64,000 nucleotides of DNA from the human T2T-CHM13v2.0 reference genome, Homo sapiens. The DNA is taken from NCBI RefSeq assembly GCF_009914755.1, contig NC_060933.1, one strand, 5' to 3'. A program made the translations under genes and the position numbers. This document shows positions 53,292 to 64,000 of the stretch, in pieces. The first letter of the stretch is position 1. Every line of letters starts with the position of its first letter. Below the pieces are notes generated by a model. The model did not search any database. It saw nothing but the letters and a program-made list of their open reading frames with translations, and was not told the DNA's origin.

Positions 53292-54848
53292 GTGCCTATT
53301 GATCCCACATAGGCTCATTCTGGGTACACCGGCTAAAGGCTTTGGTGCATTGCAGCGTTTTCTCCCAGCAGCTGTGTGAAAGATGCATTTTCTAAGCTAA
53401 GGAGAATTTTCTCAAGAGTGGCATACTCATGCCAAATATTATTGCTCTGGGCCATATAGGCTGGTCTTCCTCCACACTAAAATGGGTGTCTTGTTTTGGT
53501 ACTTAAAACAGTCTACTCCAGGCATCCAGTCCTTACAGACCAAGGAAGAGCATAGCGATGCCTGTTGGAATTGCAGATGCATTCTGGCCTTCTCCCCCGT
53601 CCTGAAACATTTTCTTTGAGGAAGGCTCTTAGAACATTAGATAGTCTGCTGAGGTTGTTGGCCCAGCTCCATACACCCAGTAGAACAGTGGAACAACTCA
53701 TGCTTCATGCTGCCAAGCTGCTGTACTTCAAAGGAAACAGATCTAGCACACTGCTGCACCCCTGCTTCCACACTCCACACTTCACCCCGCTGCTTTTCTC
53801 TGACCCGCCCCTGGCCTTGTAAGACTCACGTAAGCTAAGTCCAGGATGCCTGTGGCCTGCGGCTTGATTCTTCCCTTTAGGATTCAGCAAGTTAATGGCT
53901 TCCTCGCTATAGAAGTGAGACTTTGACTTGATGCCTCTTGGTATATCAAAAAGATATTCATCCAGAAAGTACCAAATGTTCTGAAAGACCCGCTCTTCAC
54001 TCCAGTTTTCCCTAGGGTGTTTCTGGCAGGGCGTTTTTAAAAGGCATCTACCTGAGTTGACGCTAATACTTGTCACCACCTGGAACGTAGTTATCGGTCG
54101 GCAGGCTGAACATACTCCAGATTCCCCAGAGGCCACTTCTGTAGCCCAGCGATGCATCTGAGCCTCTCTGCGTGGTTTATGCTTGAAAAATAGATAATGC
54201 TTTTAGATGGTTCACTGCCAGGCCATGGGCCCCACACATCTCAGGCCCTGTGTGAGGGAGCACACTGAGATGGTGCAGGAGTGAATGGGCATGGCTTGGC
54301 CTCGCTACCTCGGGGACCTGTTGGAGTTCTGGCAGCAGGGTGTCTGCAGGTGGGACGGCGTTCTGGGCAGAGTCAGAATGGTCAGAATGAAACAGAACAG
54401 CCAACTCACCCACAGGACAGCTTATTTTGAGGCAAGGTTTTGGATTTTGGAGGAAGCAGCCAGATGAGGCGGTGAGCCTCCAGAAGGTCAGCCTTTGGAG
54501 CACGTAAGATACTGTTACAGGGTCCAGAAATCGTGTTCACATGGGGGCTTTGACTCTTCAAACAGCTTTTGCAGATCGTAAATTGCATTTGCCTAGTCGT
54601 GTGACCTCAAAAGAAGTCAGACATATTTAATCCAGAAATAGTTTCGTTTGAGGGAGGGCTTGCAGGTCTGTAAATAGCATTTGCTTTCCTGGTTAGAGAT
54701 TGGGATGCAGAAGGAGTTTTCAGTATTTTTTTTAAAACACTAATGATCATTGAAGAGTATTTATGTAAACATACAACGTATAATGGGTGGGGGATCCGAT
54801 CATGGTGATGTACGGGGTGAATTCTCTTGCCGTGTTGCAAATGTGTAA

Positions 54849-54854
54849 AATAAA
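54849..54854 (+). terminator. Distal polyadenylation signal
   Basis: AATAAA with upstream UGUA motifs (54669, 54764, 54809, 54844) and downstream cgtgtgtgtttg about 17 nt later. Confidence 0.85.
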
Positions 54855-55334
54855 GATTATCTGGCAGAACCGTGTGTGTTTGAGATGCAGGGAGTTGCCG
54901 GCTCCTGGTGCTTTCTCTCCTCCACCTCCATCTCATAATTTTTTTCTTTGTGATTTTTGTTCATTAAATTAGTTAACTGCCTCCCACCAGCTCCTACTGA
55001 CAATAGTGACACCTACTAGAGAAGTTCCAGGCATCTTAGCCGATCTGTGGCAGCGCAATTAAGACCCAGATAACTGAAAACCGGTTGTAGGTTACTGCTG
55101 TCCTGCTTACGCTGGAGGCGGGCGATGTCTTGTGAACCAGTGTCGGGGCACTGCTGCCATTTGAGGGGAGATGGCAGGCCTGGCGCAGAGCCCGCACTGT
55201 GACAGGCGCAAATGCACCTTCTGCATCGGTTAGCAATAGCTCTGGGTTACCCCATGTTGGAAGCAGAGAAATCCAGGATTTTAGACTCAAAGCATTTTTA
55301 GAAGTCATTCAGTTCCAAAGCCCATATTTTACTA

Positions 55335-55660
55335 AGAATGTTTTAAACTGAGGCATATTTTACCTACAGTAGAATCCATCCTTTTTAAATGTACCGTTTG
55401 TTGCGTTTTGACAAATGGATGTACAGTCCTGTGGCCTCCACCACAATCAAGATGAAACGTGCCCGTCACCCCACGCAGCCCCCTTTTGCCCCTTCCCGGT
55501 CCAAACTGCCCCCTTTCTGAAACTACCACAGCCCCGGCTCTGATTCCAGCGTAGTCTCATTTGCCTCATCTAGAACTTCATGTGAATGAAACTGCGCCGG
55601 GTGCCCTCTTTCGTGTCTGGCTGCTTTCACACAGCATACTGATTTGTGATTCATCCCTCC
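55335..55660 (-). mobile_element. Old L1M 3' fragment
   Basis: ttttgacaaatggatgtacagtcctg...ccaccacaatcaagat...tctagaacttcatgtgaatgaa...gtctggctgctttcacacagcat. Confidence 0.7.
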
Positions 55661-55893
55661 AAAGCCCTGCCTTCAAAACGCAAAAACTGGGGCCTAAAGA
55701 AGGTTCTGCCACTGCCCACCCACATCCTTCCCCTTTTTCCCCCAGCTAGTAAGTGTCAGAGCTGAGACAAGAACCCAGGCCTGCTGACTCCAACCTTGTT
55801 GGGATAATAAGGATTAAGTCAAGGGCTTGGCCCAGTGCTGGGCACAGGAAGGCCTCAGAAAAATGGCTCTGTTGGTTACTGCCGTTGTGCTTA

Positions 55894-56211
<318 letters not shown>

Positions 56212-59041
56212 GTGAGCATGAACCTCAGTTCACCAGATCATAGGATTTCAGAATGAGAAGGAGAGAGAATCCCTGTCCGTGGCCAAGGTTTCCCAGTTAG
56301 TGGCCATGCCCCACCCGCAGCTCTTTCTGGAGACCTTGCCTGTGCCGCAAAGCATGAGTAGGAGGCATGGGGTGTCCTGAGAGTAGGGAGTCCAGGATTC
56401 AGAACCCAGGATGAGAGATGCCAAGGCAACTCGAGAAGGGGACAGCTGAGAAAAGACTCAGGAAGGACCTTGCTGATATCTAATCCAGTGGTCCTCAAAC
56501 AGCAAGCACCCGAATCCCCGACAGAGTTCCTGGGGGGCCTGAGAGTCGGCATTGCTAACACACTCCCAGCTGGTGCCAACATGGCAGATCTGGACCACAC
56601 TGAGAACAGATCCAACCCAGTTCTCTTCCCGAGTCTTGGGTCAGTCTTCAGCTGGCAACACGGACAAGGGCCCACCTTGCACACAGCTCTTACGGGACAG
56701 AAGTCGGCGGCTCTGTCCTGCCAGGAGGCATTGCAGTCGGGACCAGGTGAGAGACCGCAGGCAGGTGCTGGCAGGGGCCTGGCTGTCCTGCTGCTCCCCT
56801 GAACCATCCCACATGGGGTCCCCTTGCAGTTCAGGTCTCTCTGGCTCCTTCTTCCCCCACCGCTAGCGTGGAGCTTTGCCAGTTAGAAATTCAGGGGCTG
56901 ACAGGATGAGCTTGAGAAGCCTTGGCGCCCGTGGGTTTGGCATTAGAAAAGCCCACGCCCACAAGTCTGACCCCGGCTTCAGTAGCTGAGCCTCGCACCC
57001 TCCTTTGATCAGTGTCGGCAGAGGAAGAGCCGCCTGGCGCAAAGCAAGGGCTCAGCAAATGAGAGCCCTTCAGTGCCTATGGCGGGCTGGACTTCATCCA
57101 GTAAGACCACCCCTGAGGGTGATAGGTCGTTTCAAGGTCATTTCAGAACAGCCCCTCTGCCTCCTCTGTTTGCTGAGCCTCCCATCACTAGGGTCCTGAC
57201 CGCAGACACCAGCCAGCCAGGAGCTCCAGTGTGAGGCTGAGGAGACCAACCTGCCCTGCTGGCCCCGAAGACGCAGGTCATACGAAGCTGGTGTATTGAC
57301 TTACTCTGAATATAAGCACCCATAAGCACTTACTCTCTGCAGCACTGGAACAGGCCTGGGCATTGCAGTTGCTTAGTAAATATCAACTGGACTTGAACCT
57401 ACACCAGCGTCCTGGGAGGAACAGTTCTGTCCCAGGAGGTCTGGAAGCCAGCTTGGCGATCGGCAGGCATTGTCAGGGGAGCCAGATGCCTCCCAGGTTG
57501 GCCGCCCTCCTCAGCTGCAGCATCTCATTTCTTCCCTTTGTGCAGGAGTCTTGTCATGTGATTGGTCATCTCCAGCTGGTCCACTCTGATTGGCAGCTGG
57601 AAAAACATAACGGTCAACAACTCTAGTCTGGTAGGCAAACTCTTGAAGTCAGAGAAATAATTGGGTCCTGATCTTCAAGAGGCCGGGGGATTTCTGCTTG
57701 TTCTGATAAAACAGGCAGTGCAGGCTAAATCCAGAGCAGATATTGGCCCCAGTATGTGTTTCTGAGAAGAGCCTACTGCTCCCAGGCCCCAGGACCCTGG
57801 GTAGATCCTCCCTGCCCCCACCCAGGCTCCTTAATTTTCGAAGCTGCCTTTGGGTGGCCTGCCCTTCACCAGGAATCTGTCAGGTCGGCAGATTGGTAGC
57901 CGTAGACTCCCTCAGGCTAAGTAACAAGGAGGCTGGGTAAGTGCTTACCCTAAGGAAAGAAAGCGCAGACTTCCTGGAGGCTGGCATTGGCTTTGCCCTC
58001 CCGTAAGCCACCTGCATGGTGGGGCGTTTCTGAGAATCCGTCCTGAGCCCCTCGGCACTGGCCCGCCCACTCCCACGAAGAGAAGCACGCTCAGCAGTTG
58101 GGAACTGGATGTTGGGGGGTCGGTGTGACCCACTTGGGAGCTGCACCTTAAACTGCTCCTTCCCAGTTTGCCAAAGGAATGCTGACCTTTGCAAAAATGA
58201 GGGAGCTGCTCATTAACACACATCTGCAGGAATCGAGCTTGCGCCCTGCATCAGCCATTCTAGCGTATGTCCTTAGACATAACTGCGTCTCTGTCACTCA
58301 GAGCCCTGGTTCCAGTCGGCCTCCGTCGCCTAAGGTTCAACATCGTTCAGCACACGCTGGTATGGGCAGGGCTGCAGATGAAATGATGAGTAAGCCTGGC
58401 TGTGCCACACGGGAGAGAACAGTACTGAGGAGGGGAGCAAGCCACGGGGCAAAGCCATGGGGCACAGCTGAGCGGCAGCACCACGTCTCCTCCGTTCCCA
58501 CTCACTTCTTCCCTCCACCTTTGCAGCCATCTCGCTGTCCCTCGGTCCCCTTACTCTGCATCTTTCCCCTTTCCATGTCACCTGGCTCCTTCCATGAAGC
58601 AATCAAGCTTGTTCAAGTTTTCCCATGAACAAAAAGCAGCTAACAAAAAAAACAGCTGCAGGCCCCCGTCCCCCTTCAGAGCTCTCTGAGTTCCGCTGCT
58701 TCATCTTCCAGACGCCCCGGCGCACTGTGGGCTGGTTTCCACCCTGCCACGGTCTGGCTAGAGTGACTCGCAACCTCTGGGGGCTTGACTATTGTCTTCC
58801 TTGACTTTAGCAGCTTATAACACAGTGGGAGAGTCTTCCCCTCTTGAGATGCCCGCCACCACTCCTCATATGCTCCGTCGACCAAATTCAACTTCCTGTG
58901 GTTTTCCAGGTTCTTCAGCTGTGTGGCCACGGTCAGCTCGTGTCTACCCTTTAGTGTCGGGTCCTGGGCTCTGTCCCAGCTCTAGCCCTGCCCAGTCTCT
59001 CCCACTCCCTGGCTGACACCCAGGAGTTTATTTCAGCCTAA

Positions 59042-59398
<357 letters not shown>

Positions 59399-59719
59399 TA
59401 AAGAGACATCAAAAGCCATACTTTCAAAATGAAATGACCACGCTCCTCCCTGATCCTGGTTAAAACAAAACAAAACAAAACAAAAACCCACCTGGCCCTT
59501 ATCCTGGATGCTTCCCTCTCCCCACCCCCACCCCGTCCTGTGGTTAAAGTCCACCCACTTCTGTCCCCACTGCTACTGCCCAGGCCAGCCACCCTCATCT
59601 AGATGACAGCACCAGCCACCTGCCAGCTGGCAGCCAGGCTTCTAGTCTTGCCCCGCTTCCAGCCTATTTGCCATGTGTTAGCCAGGGTGACTCTTCGAAA
59701 GTGCTTGCCCTCTGTGTTA

Positions 59720-63815
<4,096 letters not shown>

Positions 63816-64000
63816 TAGACAAGATATACCATTATTTGAGTTGAGAGGTGCCTGTGGGGGCACAGCATCAGGTACTCAGCCCTGGCTAGGTGTGTTCAAG
63901 GAGGGCTGCCTGGAGGAGGTACTAGCCAAACTCTCCCGTGTAGGATGAATTAGCTTGATAAAGTGGTTGGTGGTGGGGAGGTGTTCATGCAGAGGGAACA

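Larger units (their letters stand above)
49827..54870 (+). other. GPR107: GPR107 3' UTR (~5 kb)
   Basis: Repeat-poor unique sequence from the stop codon to the distal AATAAA and its GU-rich element; cleavage site estimated. Confidence 0.8.

Noticed and set aside
52938-53312. Pro-rich and Gly/Arg-rich ORFs on both strands
   Set aside because: Artefact of the C/T low-complexity tract.
49827-54870. miRNA seed matches such as GCACTTT at 51443
   Set aside because: Seven-mers are expected by chance in 5 kb and cannot be supported without conservation data.
56238-56807. 189-aa minus-strand ORF
   Set aside because: No recognisable domain, overlapping ORFs on the other strand, and a GC-rich context where stops are rare.

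Overview
Primate DNA, very probably human. It carries the 3' two-thirds of GPR107 (LUSTR1; GOST/Lung-7TM family Golgi seven-transmembrane protein) on the + strand. I traced 12 constitutive coding exons with consistent splice phases (1162..49826, 364 aa plus stop), two in-frame cassette exons (25080..25136 and Alu-derived 29265..29351) and a ~5 kb Alu-free 3' UTR with tandem poly(A) signals. The rest is intron or intergenic sequence dense in Alu, old L1, L2, MIR, MLT1 and hAT elements. Nearly all ORFs in the supplied track are Alu-derived or random. I see no new protein-coding system. The most interesting stretch is the 17 kb intron after the SIRHLQEASATDGK exon. It opens with a GC donor and holds a triple-AATAAA intronic poly(A) site, a candidate poison exon, a unique cassette exon, and an Alu exon inside an inverted-Alu hairpin inside an intact Charlie-type hAT transposon. 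Repeat family names and boundaries are by eye and approximate.
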